A stretch of 64,000 bases of DNA from Felis catus. Its lineage: Eukaryota. The stretch covers positions 165,852,001 through 165,916,000 of the forward strand of contig NC_058368.1 of NCBI RefSeq assembly GCF_018350175.1, read 5' to 3'. Shown here in pieces: positions 1 to 13,934 of the stretch; positions within the stretch are counted from its first letter, which is position 1; every line of letters starts with the position of its first letter. Position numbers and translations under genes: made by a program. Below the pieces are notes generated by a model that did no database searches, was not told the origin of the DNA, and saw only the letters and a list, made by a program, of their open reading frames with translations.

Positions 1-1852
1 AACTTATTTTAGTTTTGTATGACAATTCAGTTAAATTATTTCCATTTCCCCCTATCTACCAATAAACACATATGTACAAGTATCAAAATTATTGGATAAT
101 TCTGATGAAAATGCATATAAATAGGTATAACACATATAAATATGTACTTATGAAACACAAATATATAGGTAATATAATAAAAGATATTAGAAAGCAAGTT
201 CTATATCTTATTTGTCTTTTATCTGCACCCATACTTAATGCAATATATTGCAAAAAGTAGGTTCTCAATAAGTATTCATTGAACTAATGAGAATAAATTA
301 GTAAAAGAATAAATAAAATAACTGGGCAACTATAAGGATAATGTTGGCAGAGAATGTGATGTACTAAACTCATATCTCTTACTGATTCTTCTAGTCCAGC
401 ACATGTAGAACACCCTCTTTTGAGAAAGGAATACACAATTAAGACTGTGAAACACAGATTATGTACACCTAATTCCATGGGTCCTTTTGAACTCTAGGTT
501 TCTAAGATGTACTTATTTACGAGGTTGAGAAACTATATTTATATTTTAATATTGTTGAAGTTCTTTTTTCTAACATAGTTGGCTATGGAATTTTAACAAT
601 GCTTTCTAGAACGTATACTGATGCTTCATGCTATTTTCCGTTAATCACCTTAACTGATGAACTATATTAAGTTTCTAAACTGAGGAATCATTATACTCCC
701 TGCTGCATATTCCTTGTTTACAGTATATTATTTGTTCACTATATATATTTATTATGTTACTAATTTATTTTACAGTATTTGATTAATGATTATTTTATTT
801 TCTAAGGAGAAAATCTGATGAAACAAAATATATGTAGTTTTATGCAACTGTCCCGAGACCAATATTTAAAATAGTTAAAGCATACCATCAAACTAAATAT
901 TTTCTCAATTGCTAAGAATATTATGCACAAACTTTTTTGTAAAAGAGTAAGTCATTGAATTTCTTTACTGTTTTGTGCCAATCTAATTTACGTGTTCTTA
1001 CTTACGGAATATTAATATAGTTTCTTATGAATAAATAAAGTAAATGCCACATTAGAATTTATTGTATTTTTATAATATGTCTTACTGTATGATGGAGTAA
1101 GTCCTCCAGCTTTCTTCTTAAAGATTCTCTTGACTCTTCTGGAGTCTTTTCATGGCTATGTGGTTTATGATCTGATAAACAATTACTGCAAAATAAAAAG
1201 AAAGGTTATGTTGAAATTATATAGTATATGTAACATATTAAAGTGAAGAGAATTGTCATCTTTATAATATGGAGTCTGATAATTCATGAACATGATAGAC
1301 TCATCCATTTATTAAGTTGTGGGTTTTTTTTTTTATTTCCCTGTACGATGCTTTTTTTTTTTAGTTTTCATGCGGAGGTCTTATTTTTATGATAGACTTA
1401 TTCCAAGCTATTTGATATTTGCCAATACAATTTTAAATGATATTGTCCATTAGGCTACCACCAAACAAAGAAGAGTTAGTGTAGATATATTAATATCACA
1501 CAGAGTAGACTTTAAGTCTAGAAGAATTATTAAAATGAAAGAAAGACATTTGATAATGATACAGTGGAAAATCAGAGCACCCTATACAAATCATTAAGTT
1601 GTGAACACTTAACATATGCCTAAGTAATTAATAAAATGAACAAAAGAGAGGAAAAGAGAGAGACAGAGAGAGAGGCAGAGAGAGAGAAACTAGTGTTTAT
1701 TTGACTTCAGTGGTTATCCGAAGAGCTAAAACTGGTATGAATCTTTCTTTTCTTTCTTTCTTTGTTCTTTCCTTTCTTTCTCCCTTCCTCCCTCATTCCT
1801 TCTTCTCAATCTCTCTTTTTCTATCTTAACTTTTCTTTCTCTTTTGTAAAAC

Positions 1853-2637
1853 TTTTTATTTAAATTAATAATTAATATACAGTGTAATGTTAGTTTTAGG
1901 GGTATAATACAGTGATGCAACATTTTCATACAACACCTAGTGCTCATCACAAGTGCACTCCTTAGTCCCCATCACCTATTTCACCCATCCACTCATCCCC
2001 CTCCCCTCTGATAACCATCAGTTTGTTCTCTATAGTTAAGAGTCTGTTTCTTGGTTTACCTCTTTCTGGTTTTCTTGCTCTTTGCTCATTGGTTTGTTTC
2101 TTAAATTCCATATATGAATGAAATCATTTGGTATTTGTCTTTCTTTGACTGACTTATTTCACTTAGCATAAAACTCTCTAACTCAATCCACATTGTTGCA
2201 AATGGCAAGATTTCATTCTTTTTGATTGCTCAGTTAATATTCCATTATATATATACACATATATGTACACATATACGTGCATATATACATATATGTACAC
2301 ACATACACATATGTATATGTACGTATATGTATATATACATATATATACGTACATATACACACACACATATACACAAAACACTTCTTTATCCATTCATTAG
2401 TCGATGGACACTTGGGCTTTTTCCATAATTTGGCTATTGTAAATAATGCTGCTATAAACATCGGTATGTACATACATCTTTGAATTAGTATTTTGTATTC
2501 ATGGGGTAAATACATAGTAGTGCCATTGCTGGATTGCATGGTAATTCTATTTTTAACGTTCTGAGGAAAGTTTATAACGTTTTCCTGAATGTTTGCACCA
2601 CTTTGCATTCCTACCAATAGTGTAAGAGGGTTCCTTT
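1853..2637 (-). mobile_element. LINE-1 3' end (carnivore L1) with internal (TA/CA)n expansion
   Basis: Minus-strand ORF reads [28 protein letters not shown]. Confidence 0.9.
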
Positions 2638-2699
2638 GACCCTCATATATTAACTAACTAAAAAAAAATTGAAACAAAAAAAAGCAAAAAGAGGGTTTC

Positions 2700-3810
2700 T
2701 TTGAAATTAAATGGACTAAACACTCCAATCAAAAGACATAGGGTAGGATATAAGAATGTATATAAAAAAAAAGACTCATCTATATGCCACCTACAAGAAA
2801 GCCATTTCAGACTGAAAGACACCTGCAGATTGAAAGTGAGGGGTGGAGAAACATTTATTACACAAATTCATGCCAAAGAAAGCCAGAATAGCAATACTTA
2901 TATCGGACAAACTAGACTTTAAAATAAAGACTGTAAAAAGGGGCAAAGAGGGCATTATATAATCATAAAGGGGATAATCCAATAAGAAGATATAACAATT
3001 GTAAATATTTATACACCCAACATGAAAGCACTCAAATATATAGAACAATTAATAACAAATATAAAGGAACTAATTGATAATAGTACAATAGTAGTAGGGG
3101 GTTTTAACACTCCACTTAATGTGTTAAAGGACAGGTCATCTAAACTGAAAATCAATAAGGAAACAATGGCTTTGAGTGACATACTGGACCAGATAGACTT
3201 AACAGATATATTCAGAACATTCCATCCTAAAACAGCAGAATACATTCTTTTCAAGTGTACATGGAACATTCTCCAGAACAGATCATATATAAGGTCACAA
3301 AACAAGCCTCAACAAATGCAGAAAGACTGAAATCATACCATGCAACTTTTCTCATCACAATGCTACGAAGTTAGAAACCAACAACAAAATATGTGGGAAG
3401 ACCAAAAAAAAATACATGGAGGTTAAACAGCATGCAACATGGGGCACCTGGGGGGCTTAGTCATTGAAGCATCTGACTCTTGATCTTGGCTCAGGTCATG
3501 ATCTCATGGTTCAGGAGTTCAAGCCCTATGTCAGACTCCTTGCTGACAGTGTGGAGCCTGATTGGGATTCTGTCTCTTCCTCTCTCTGCTGCTCCTCTAC
3601 TCTTTCTTGCTCTCTCTCTCAAAATAAATAAGTACATTTAAAAAACAAAACAAAATCCAAAATATTACTAAACAATGAATGGGCCAACCAGAAAATCAAA
3701 GAAGATATAAAAATACATGGAAACAAATGAAAATGAAAACACAACAGTCCAGAACCTTCAGGATGCAGCAAAAAAGGTCCTACAGGAGAAGTATATAGCA
3801 ATAGAGGCCT
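2700..3810 (+). mobile_element. LINE-1 ORF2 endonuclease fragment, interrupted by a SINE
   Basis: LNGLNTPIKRHR, GFNTPL and DLTDIFRTFHPK motifs. Confidence 0.9.
3441..3640 (+). mobile_element. CanSINE (SINEC)
   Basis: ggggcacctg..gctcaggtcatgatctc head, (CT)n, A-tail. Confidence 0.9.
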
Positions 3811-3821
3811 ATTTCTTTTCA

Positions 3822-4040
3822 TTTTTTAATGTTCATTTATTTTGAAAGAGAGAGAAAGAGAGAGAGAAGAGAAAGAGAGAGAGGAGAGAGAGCAAGCACC
3901 AGGCGGGGAGGGGCAGAGAGAGTGGGAGACCCAGAATCCCAAGCAGATTCCACACTGAGAGATCTCACCAGTCCTGAGATCATGACCTGAGTCAAAATCA
4001 AGAATTGCACGCTTAACCAACTGAGCCATCCAGGCATCTC
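3822..4040 (-). mobile_element. CanSINE
   Basis: Reverse-oriented head, (GA)n, T-rich tail. Confidence 0.9.
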
Positions 4041-4243
4041 AATACCAACCTACCTCTTAAATTTTCAACTATTAATTGACTTTTGAGGTTTTCTTATTTT
4101 GTTGTCCAGTTAATTTGTTTTAAATTTATGTTTTTATTATTTTTTATCCAACAATTTATTTACTTTTATAAGGATAATTTTCTCATGTATGTAACTGTCC
4201 ATAATGACAGAAGACAAAAGTGGAGTTTTCTTTTTCCTTTCAG

Positions 4244-4355
4244 TAAAATATGAATCGAAACTGGAAGAGTATCAGTCATTTGCTTACATGATAACTGCAA
4301 AAAAAAGCGGGGAAGTGAGTTTCTGTTTTTTCCTCATGAATTTGCTACTTATAAG
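4244..4355 (+). pseudogene. Pseudo-exon A (phase 2->0): KI*IETGRVSVICLHDNCKKKRGSEFLFFPHEFATYK
   Basis: Strong acceptor ttttctttttcctttcag, donor AAG|gtgaga, TGA at 4251. IETGRV...GSEFLFFP resembles recalled CATSPERD VRTGKV...GDRLYFHP. Confidence 0.7.
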
Positions 4356-4924
4356 GTGAGATTTTTCTAAACCATAGGAATGGTAATAATAATAATAATA
4401 AATAGTGTTCCTTCTAAGCCAGAAATTTTAGATGGATTATAAATTGCCATCAAAGAATACAGCTTAATATTAGCATAAAACTTTGTTACTTTAGCTTTTA
4501 ATTGTCCATGTTATGGGTAAACTGGATCATGGTTTGTCATTTAAAGCCATTAAATAAGCCCATTTCTATTCCAAAATCTTATATGCAACCTTTCAGGCTG
4601 AGCTACCGGCAATACAACGCAGGCCTCATGAAGGGAAGTGGCCATTACCTCATTGGCCTTGGTGTACAGTCAGTGTATGTGATTTTCCGGATGGAACTGC
4701 AGCCAAAGACTTAGTAAGCCTAGGCTAGCCTGACTTACTTGAATTTCCATCCCATCACTCTCTTTAGGCATAACTGGCTGAGTCTTTGCAGGGACCTCTT
4801 CTTGGGGGGGCCTTTACTGAGACATTTTTCCCCCAACCGAACTGCATGTTACCTGATCACTGGGAAACTGGCAGTTTTTTTTCGTTTGCCTCTTGCTTGT
4901 GTCACTGTAAATTAAGTCTTTTTT

Positions 4925-5148
4925 ATAAGTTGATTTATTTTGAAAGAGAGACAGAGGGAGAGAAAGATTGCATGTGCACACACAATTCAGAGAGGGGCAG
5001 AGAGAGAGGGAGAGAGAGAATCCCAAATAGGCTCTCCACTGTCAGTGCAGAACCCCATCCAGGGTTTGAACCCACAAACCTTGAGATCATAACCTGAGCT
5101 GAAATCAAAAGTCTTACACTTAACTTCCTGAGCCACCCAGGCACCCCA
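4925..5148 (-). mobile_element. CanSINE
   Basis: ctgagccacccaggcacccc end. Confidence 0.9.
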
Positions 5149-5635
5149 AGGATTAAAGTCTTAATTGTCACTTTCAGTTGGGCTCATTGTGCTATTGACC
5201 ACTGCATAACAGGCAACTAAACAGTTACGCTTACAAATATTTTTATCAAAGTATTGGTAACAAACCTCTTAATGATAATACAGCTTAACAATGCTTAATT
5301 TAAGTTTACATGAAATCAGAACTTTAATATAAATTCTTAAGCAGAATAAATGCCACACAAAATTATTAAATGTTTTATTTAAATGAGCTAATAAATGTTA
5401 TATATTTATTATATCATATTTTACCACTGTTATGCAGGATGTTGATGAAAGAATGAATTTGGTCATAGGCACAAATAAAAATGTTGTTTATAACCAAAAT
5501 ATATTCTAAGATACAAATAAATATTATTAAGATTGATAATATATTGGCTGTGGGGATGGGTGAAATAGGTGCAATGAATTAAGAGGTACAAACTCCAGCA
5601 ATAAGATAAATAAATTTAGAAAAGCTAATATATTG

Positions 5636-5790
5636 AGGCACCTGGGTGGCTTGGTCAGAACTCACAGTTCACGAGTATCATTGGGCTCCAACGATACATG
5701 CTATCAGCATGGATCCCTCTCTTTCTGCAACTCCCCTGCTCGTGCACATGCTCTCTGTCTCTCAAAAATAAATAAATAAACATTTTCAGA
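5636..5790 (+). mobile_element. CanSINE, internally deleted
   Basis: gaggcacctgggtggct head, ctcaaaaataaataaataaac tail. Confidence 0.75.
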
Positions 5791-6368
5791 GGAATTAAAA
5801 AATATATTAATGTATTACTCTTAAAACTGCTAAGTAAGGTCACTGAGCAATTAGTGAGAAAAAAGGATGAAATAATTATTAATGTTTTCATCTGTTGTTG
5901 AGGAAGTGGTAAGGTTATGATATAGGGTGATTATACAGTTTTATATTTATATGCATCATTTAGTAGTCTATACCTGTACCTTTGAGTACTCAATAAAACC
6001 TTTAATCAAACATACTTCTTAGCAATATACCCAGTGCAAAATGGTTAATCATAATACTCATGCAAATATAAACTTAAACACATATTTAAGGAGGGCATCA
6101 TATTTTGAAAACAAATTCAAAAATCCTGATTTCTAGAAAAATATTAAATATCATTATTCTAATACTGATTTGATAGGAGTAATTTCTCACTAATGAAAAA
6201 TGTAATTGTGGAAGAGATGATAATTAAAAATAAATGCCCAACGGTTATATTTTAGGTGTGAGAAATCACAGACCTAGTAGAAAATTCTCAAGCTCTTTTT
6301 ATTCAAACTGAAGAGCAGTAAATTATTGAAACGATGAACATCTTTGTTTTTCATATATGTCACGACAG

Positions 6369-6421
6369 GTGAAATGTGCCAAATCTGATGAAAAATATTT
6401 GTGGGAAATGACAGGATTACT
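6369..6421 (+). pseudogene. Pseudo-exon B (phase 0->2): VKCAKSDEKYLWEMTGL
   Basis: cacgacag acceptor, CT|gtaagt donor, in phase with A. Joined YKVKCAKSDEKYL resembles recalled IKHPCEKNIALYL. Confidence 0.65.
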
Positions 6422-7081
6422 GTAAGTTATCATTTTCAAAGAAATATAATTTCTGAGTAGTTGCAGAGTCCTTCTCTGGAATTATTATATAGTATTCTTT
6501 TGTTCCAGCAAGTACCATTACCCTAGGGCTTATGTCATTGGCTTCCTTGTTAACTTATTTTGTATTGCAAATCTCATGTTAGCTGTGAATTCAGGCACAT
6601 TTTTCCCCTAAGCACTATAAGCTTTATAAAATGAGTTATAATTCAGATTGCTTAACATATTTTGAATGATTTCAATTTGACTTTCAACAGATCCAGAAAG
6701 ACATTTCATTTGTTTATATTTGTTTTATGAAAACAAATAAGCCTGTAGCCTTTAAATAGCATTCTCAAATTTAGATAATTTGTCATCAGAATTTGTATTA
6801 TTACTGTCAGTACAATAGGATTGTGTTTAGAAAAGATGGTTTTCTCAAATATCAGATAATACTCAATCTAAAGTATCTACTTCACCCCAGTTCTAAATAG
6901 CCATACTGCCCGACTAAGCCAATAGTGTGATTCATTTGGGTTATATCAATGATTATTTTGTATTCCTGTAGCAAGCTGAAACTTAAGCATTAGTCAACTT
7001 GCTAATACAGCAGCATACATCTGCTTGGATTTGTTTTCATTTTTCAACAATTTGAAATCTTCAGTTTAAAATAAAACTTTA

Positions 7082-7305
7082 GGGGCACGTGGGTAGCTCA
7101 GCTGCATAAAGCATCAGACCTTGGCTCAGGTCATGATCTCACAGTGCATGGGTTTGGACCCTGCCTTGGGCTTTAATGCTGACTGCTCAGATTCTGGAGT
7201 TTTCTTTGGATTCTGTGTCTCCCTCTTTCTCTGCCCCTCTCCTGCTTGTTCTCTCTCTTTCTCTCTCTCTTTCTCTCTCTCTTTCAGAAATAAACATTAA
7301 AAATT
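7082..7305 (+). mobile_element. CanSINE
   Basis: Head, (CT)n and A-tail. Confidence 0.9.
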
Positions 7306-7584
7306 CTTTAAATAAAACTTTAACCAAATTGGAGAGTTAGGATCAAATAAATAATATTTTCTTTAATCACTGTTTTCATTGAAGAGTTTACTTTGGAGTC
7401 TTTTACTCTATAAAATGTACAGATTGCCATTTTGTTCTAAGTATCTTCATACAGCATCAGTCTATTTCATATAACATTTAGTCAACAAGATACTTCAAGA
7501 AATGTTTGGAAAGTGCATTAAAACATCTCAAGTGAGGGGAAATTGTATAAAATCAAAAGCAACAATAAATACAATTTTATCAGG

Positions 7585-7828
7585 TTTTTAAAGATGTCTA
7601 TTTATTTAGTTTTGAGAGCAAGAAAGAGCACACACCCACACGCCCATGTACATAAGAGTGGTGGGGCAGGGGTGGGGGGGCAGAGAGAGAGAGAGGGAGA
7701 CAGAATCCTAAGCAGAGCAGTGCACAGCCTGACATAGGTCTCAAACTCACAAAGTGTGAGCTCATGACCTTAGTGGAAATAAGAGTCAGATGCTTAACAA
7801 CTTAATCGAATGAGCCACCCAGGCGTCC
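7585..7828 (-). mobile_element. CanSINE
   Basis: Reverse SINE, flanked by acaattttatcag repeats. Confidence 0.85.
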
Positions 7829-7971
7829 TGACAATTTTATCAGTTTTTAAGAATTATTACATTTTATTGATATTGAATATTTTTAAGGTTATCAAATGAC
7901 GTGAGGCTTGAAAAATTCTTGCATAAAGTGTTGACATCTTGGGTTGAAGTAATCTAAAATAATCTAAAATT

Positions 7972-8172
7972 GGGGCACGTGGGTGGCTCAGGCAGTAAAG
8001 TGTCCAGCTCTTGATTTTAACAGGTCATTATCTCATCGTTGATGAGGTCAAGCCCCAAATCATGCTCTGTGCTGACAGCATGAAGCCTGCTTGGGATTCT
8101 CTCTCTCTCCCTCTCTCTCTGCCCCACCCCTGCTTGCACACTTCCTCTCTCTCATAAACATTAAAAAAAAAT
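7972..8172 (+). mobile_element. CanSINE
   Basis: Head and tail, TSD aataatctaaaat. Confidence 0.9.
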
Positions 8173-8684
8173 ACAATAATCTAAAATAGTATTTGAAATT
8201 TGATGTAGACAAATTATTAGATTTAGTATTTTTTAGAGTTAAATCAGCTTATTTTTGTAGTTTTCTTACATAAGTAGGTTATTCAAATACACGTACATGC
8301 AGTCATGGTTTAACTTGAAGATTCTCCAAATATATAAATGAACTAGTAATTTCAGTTAATATCCAGAAAGCCATTTATTTGTTCTGTCTTATAAAGATTT
8401 GACCCACATTTGTCATCCTTTTTTTTCCCAATCAATTTGAAGACTGTTAAATAATCTGAATTACTTACTAATATATTTAGCAAGTTTAAGATCCATTTTG
8501 AATTTTTACAATTTCTTTGCATTAAAAGTAGTTTAACAAATAGTGTTTTGCTTTAATAGTGTGTTTTGTCTTGACCTCTTGAGCTTTGAAATTATTTAGC
8601 AGAAGTCCTCATGGCTAGAGATATTCTTTTTAAGAGAAAAAAAAAAAATTGGTCCTCACTAAGATCTTAGAAAAAGTGACTCCA

Positions 8685-8912
8685 GGGGCGCCTGGGTGGC
8701 GCAGTTGGTTAAGCGTCCAACTTCAGCCAGGTCACGATCTCGCGGTCCGTGAGTTCGAGCCCCGCGTCGGGCTCTGGGCTGACGGCTCAGAGCCTGGAGC
8801 CTGTTTCCGATTCTGTGTCTCCCTCTCTCTCTGCCCCTCCCCCGTTCATGCTCTGTCTCTCTCTGTCGCAAAAATAAATAAACGTTGAAAAAAAAAATTA
8901 AAAAAAAAAAAA
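8685..8912 (+). mobile_element. Young feline SINE (SINEC_Fc-like)
   Basis: CpG-rich, long A-tail, perfect TSD agaaaaagtgactcca. Confidence 0.95.
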
Positions 8913-9779
8913 AGAAAAAGTGACTCCAGCCGAAAAATTTGATTTAAAATACTAGAAGACTATCATGCAATTCTCATACAATTCTTTACTTGTGTTTCAT
9001 TTGCCCTCTATATATTTTAAGTTCCAAATTCTATGAAGAAGAGGAAGGAAGCTGAGTTAGGATCCCAAACTTAAATATAAATATTATATAAAATACAAAT
9101 AATAAGTATATAAAATATATGCATACAAAAATGAATGAAGCTATATATAATCATTATGGAGAAATTTAAAAAAAGTTCTGGAAGAAGTCAAAATAAAATA
9201 GAAATATTAATTATCATAAAGTCAATGATATGGCTTTGCCATTTCTGAAATGTATATGATTAGTTGGCATGACTAGAAGTAAATTAATTTTTCTACTACA
9301 GAAAATTCAAAATTTTTAATTTCAAATGGTCTATAACATTAGGCATATTATGAAATCTATTATGAAATTAAATGTTCCTTTAATCTTAAAATGTCAAATA
9401 GCTCAGAAGTATCTTATTAGTCAAGTATACAACTATTCTTCAAGGTAGACCATTATCTTTGATAGTTAAATAAACATTAGCACCATAAAAAATAAAGTAA
9501 AATGTACATACTTGACTTTAAGGTTCACTCAGAAATTGTTACACATCTGGCTAGCACTACACTTTTGTACAGATGTACAGTACAGATTAATGAACCAACC
9601 CTATATTGCAAATTTAAATTCAAGTGTGAATAAGGAAGTCTGCTTTTGTTTCAAACACTTTTGACACAGCACTTTGGTTTCTCTTGGCCTCACCTGTCTC
9701 CAATTTGGGCCACTGTTTCTGCATTAGTGACCACTGTAAGGACCAACTATGCATGGGCTTCTCCTAACTTGAGGCAGGC

Positions 9780-10265
9780 ACAACAGAGCCTCTTCTTCTC
9801 TGGGTGCCAGGATGTTGCTCTTCCACTGAGTCTTGTCCCAAAGCTTTCTTCTGTCCCAGAAGGTCCTGACTTCTCAGGACCTGGTTAGAGTCTGTGCTTG
9901 TGGAGAAAAAAAAAAAAAGAATTAAAAATGTAAGTCCTATGGAGTTAACACCCTGTGGGGGCAAACATTCTCCTGTTTAGATCAGGATGGTTGGTGGATG
10001 AACGCTTTCTCTTCCATCCTCCTCTGACTTACCATGGACGCTTTGGGACCACGAATTCTGTAGCCTTTCAGAAAAGTCTCCTGAGAACACACAATCATTT
10101 GCACTTGGTTTCCAGTGGTAGTAACTTAGTACCACACCCTCTTATTGACTCTCTCCTTGCTTCACTCTTTCTTATTTCTGACTTCCTGGTATTATACTTC
10201 CTAATAAAATAATAGCACCTAAGTTTATGCTTCAGTTCTGATTTCCGGTGGAGCCAAGTAAATTA
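9780..10265 (+). mobile_element. Old ERVL-type LTR (LTR16-like)
   Basis: agaaaagtctcctgag, aataaa followed by an LTR16-like terminal motif. Family recalled, not searched. Confidence 0.45.
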
Positions 10266-10780
10266 GGTTCTCAAAGTCCTTTTTCTGTTCAAACATTGTC
10301 TTTCTGGGAACAGTATTCCCAGGGTAGAAAATTTAAAGTTCCAAGGCTTGCCTTGATGTTACATCTAAGCAACATCAACACTATATCACTAATAGAACCA
10401 GCATCTTAGAAGCAATTACTGCTGAAAATTATGATTTCAATTGCAAACAGATCTCTGTTTCTATATATTTAGAATTTTGAGGAGTATTCACTTTGGTATC
10501 ATTGTAATGCTAGACATTTTATTATACATTTGGAGCAAAAAATCATCTCTCTACCTCACTAAACAGATGACTTAAATATTTTCAACACAATAATTGCATG
10601 AAGTCTTCAACAGAAATGAAAATTATTTGGAAATCATATTTTTGAAATAACAGGGACATGAAATAAGTTTAAAGAAGCTTCTCAGGATTAAATTAGTGCA
10701 TTCAGCATTGCAATACATAACGATATTTAATCTTTAAAACTGCTGATACTTGGGCAAGTAAACTTTAAAAAATAGCGTTA

Positions 10781-11584
10781 CTTTTCTAAAGAAGACATCC
10801 ATATAGCCAACAGACACATGAAAAGATGCTCAACGTCACTCCTCATCAGGGAAATACACATCAAAACCACACTGAGATACCAGCTCATGTCAGTCAGTGT
10901 GGCTAAAATGAACAAATCAGGAGATTATAGATGCTGGTGAGGATGTGGAGAAACGGGAACCCTCTTGCACTGTTGGTAGGAATGCAAACTGGTGCAGCCA
11001 CTCTGGAAAACAGTGTGGAGGTTCCTCAAAAAATTAAAAATAGATCTACCCTATAACCCAGCAATAGCACTGCTAGGAATTTACCCAAGGGATACAGGAG
11101 TGCTGATGCCTAGGGGCACTTGTACCCCAATGTTTACAGCAGCCTTTCAACAACAGTCAAATTATGGAAAGAGCCTAAATGTCCATTAACTGACAAATGG
11201 ATAAAGAAGATGTGGTTTATATATACAATGGAATACTACTTGGCAATGAGAAAGAATGAAATCTGGCCTTTTGTAGCCACGTGGAGGTTATTATGCTAAG
11301 TGAAATAAGTCAGGCAGAGAAAGACAGATACCGTATGTTTTCACTCTTATGTGGATCCTGAGAAACTTAACAGAAGACCATGGGGGGAGGGGAAGGGGGG
11401 AAAAATTACAGAGAGGCAAGGAGGCAAACCATAAGAGACTCTTAAATACTGAGAACAAACTGAGGGTTGATGGGGGGTAGGGGAGAGGCGAAAGTGGGTG
11501 ATGGGCATTGAGGAGGGCACCTGTTGTGATGAGCACTGGGTGTTGTATGGAAACCAATTTGACAATCAATTATATTTAATATAT
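10781..11584 (+). mobile_element. 5'-truncated LINE-1 (ORF2 C-terminus and 3'UTR) with TSD
   Basis: Highly similar to 58801-59620. TSD aaaaaatagcgtta (10767-80) / aaaaaatagtgtta (11585-98). Confidence 0.95.
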
Positions 11585-12410
11585 AAAAAATAGTGTTAGT
11601 CATCATTGGTAAATTCTGTAATAAATCACCTGTATATAAAATATTCAGCATATGTTGGACTGTGCAAACTGGCAACTGCTCAAAGTAAAAACTGCCAAAT
11701 GTTTTAGGTTATTTCCTTCAATTAATACCGATATTGGTATTTGATGTTTATGTATGCCTACAAACCTGCAGAAATCAGTGAGAACTCATTTCATTTCAAT
11801 AAAATGTTTTATTGTGTCCGTAGATTTCTGGAATTTTAAATGCAAACCTCTGAAGTTAAAAAACTATGTTTCTGATTACAGAGCTTTCTCATGTCATGTG
11901 TACATACATTAAAAAAATAATCAATATAAAACTCTTTCTTTGTTGTCAAATAAGAAACAGTAAATTAATTTTGCCTTTGAATTATGTGGAATTGAATTAT
12001 ACAAGAAAATCTTGGCAATGCTCCTTCTTTTAATTAATGTTTTGTCAGATCATCAATCTTACTTTCTCCCTGTGTGCTAATACTCAATTTGTTTAGTATT
12101 TACTTAAGCCCATATCTCTTTCCTAAAGAATTCTTATCTAGTTAGTTAAGATGTCTCTAAGCAGTAGACCAAAGCAATAGGGATAATTTCCCATCATATT
12201 TAACCACAAAATGAAGTGCCTACTACTCCATCCTGAAATCCGTAGTGCTTTTTTAGTAAATTAGGTTGGAAGCCTACACACAAATTTTACAGGTAAATAC
12301 AATCTGTGGCACAGTACAGTCAGCTGTTTAGAAGAATAATAATCTTAATATGATAAACATGTGTTTAACAGTAGCTTTACACCTCTGGGGCGATATTATT
12401 TTTCTTTCAG

Positions 12411-12605
12411 AAATACAGGCTGAGATGATTATTTCTCAGTTTGATCACAAACCTGAAAAAAAAAAAAAACACAATGTGTTTTATCCTCTCTGGTCATTGG
12501 CTCTGCCCATTTCAGAAGCTTTATGCTGAAGATATTAGAAGGTGCAATTACCTCATGGATCAGTGACTACTAAGCTGATATGTCATTGATTTTCGAAACC
12601 ATGAG
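12411..12605 (+). pseudogene. Pseudo-exon C: NTG*DDYFSV*SQT*KKKKTQCVLSSLVIGSAHFRSFMLKILEGAITSWISDY*/fs/YVIDFRNHE
   Basis: tttttctttcag acceptor, GAG|gtgagg donor. The frame inherited from B contains SAHF (12502-12513). TGA at 12421, 12442 and 12454, frameshift near 12571. YVIDFRNHE-SFS resembles recalled YIYDYENNSWS. Confidence 0.7.
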
Positions 12606-13340
12606 GTGAGGCGAGCACAGCTGAAGTGGATCAAAAAGTCTCAGACCTGTTAGAAAGTCTTTCCCCCCATGTCTTTGTGGCACCTAGGCACTGAAGAATC
12701 AATCTGGTAGGAAGGATTTTGGTAATATTTAGTCTGCACCAAGCAGAGAGAAGAGATTTCATTTTAAGAATAAATTCTTACATACAATTGTATTTTAATT
12801 CTTTTTACTTGAATTGCATAGATCATTAGTAAATGATACTGACAAAGACTTAGGCATGAGCTTGGCTGCAAATAAAAATGAATGAACTGAGAAGACTTGG
12901 TCTCAGTTGAAAACCAGGAATTCAATGAATCAAACATCATAAATTCCAAATTGACTTAGTATTTGGATAATCACATTTTATACACTAATCTTTAGATGAG
13001 ATTTAATCCATCAATTTTATATGCAAACACAGACACACACATACACACAATAAGAACAGCAAGATGAGGATAACTCAAAAGAGAAACAAATTTAGACTGA
13101 TCTTTAAACAGATCAGAACAAAAGTAGGAATTATGGCAAATACTGTGAAAAGGATCATCAATAGGGCTCGACCCAGAACTGAATAATCTAAAGGTCATTT
13201 TTCAAGCAAACTGAAGTAGTTTCAGATCTCTGCTTCTCTGGCATTGAGAGTTCATTGGTAAACCATTCAGAATTATGAACCTGTCACACACATAAAAACA
13301 TTTTTTGGAGGCCTCCAGTAGTAAAGAATGAAAGATTCTA

Positions 13341-13538
13341 GGGGCGCCTGCATGGCTCAGTTGGTTGGGCGTCCGATTTCAGCTCAGGTCATGATCTCGC
13401 AACTTGTGGATTCGAGCCCCACGTTGGCCTCTGTGCTGACAGCTCAGAGCCTGGAGCCTGCTTCGGATTCTGTCTCCTTATCTGTCTGCTACTCCCCTGT
13501 TCACGCTTTCTCTCAAAAATTAATAAACATTAAAAAAA
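13341..13538 (+). mobile_element. CanSINE
   Basis: ggggcgcctg head, TSD-like agattcta. Confidence 0.9.
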
Positions 13539-13934
13539 GAGATTCTATCATTGACTCATTTTTATCTTTCCTATATTAATATTATTTGCAGAATATCACA
13601 AGGATAGTTAAAACTAAAAGCAAAGCTTATTTGAAGAAGAAAGAAAAAGGAAGGAAGGAAAAAGAATGGAAAAAAGAGAGACAATATCATAATACACATC
13701 TATATTTGTCTCACGAAAATAGTTTTTTGGGAAATTTTTCCTAACAAAGATTGTACATATTGAACAAATCCTTCATAATCAGCATAGCTAACCTTTAACT
13801 ATTTTAGCACTTTTGATAGAAGGAACATCATTAAGTTTAGGCAATCTTTCCTTAAGAGGAAAAGGGTAACATTTTATTAAGAAGTATTTTATTTAAACAT
13901 TTATTTATTAAACATTTATTTGAGAAGTATTATA

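Noticed and set aside
8649..8888. Recurrent ORFs such as MAQSVKRPTSAQV.../RQRETEHERGRGRE throughout the window
   Set aside because: Translations of CanSINE copies.
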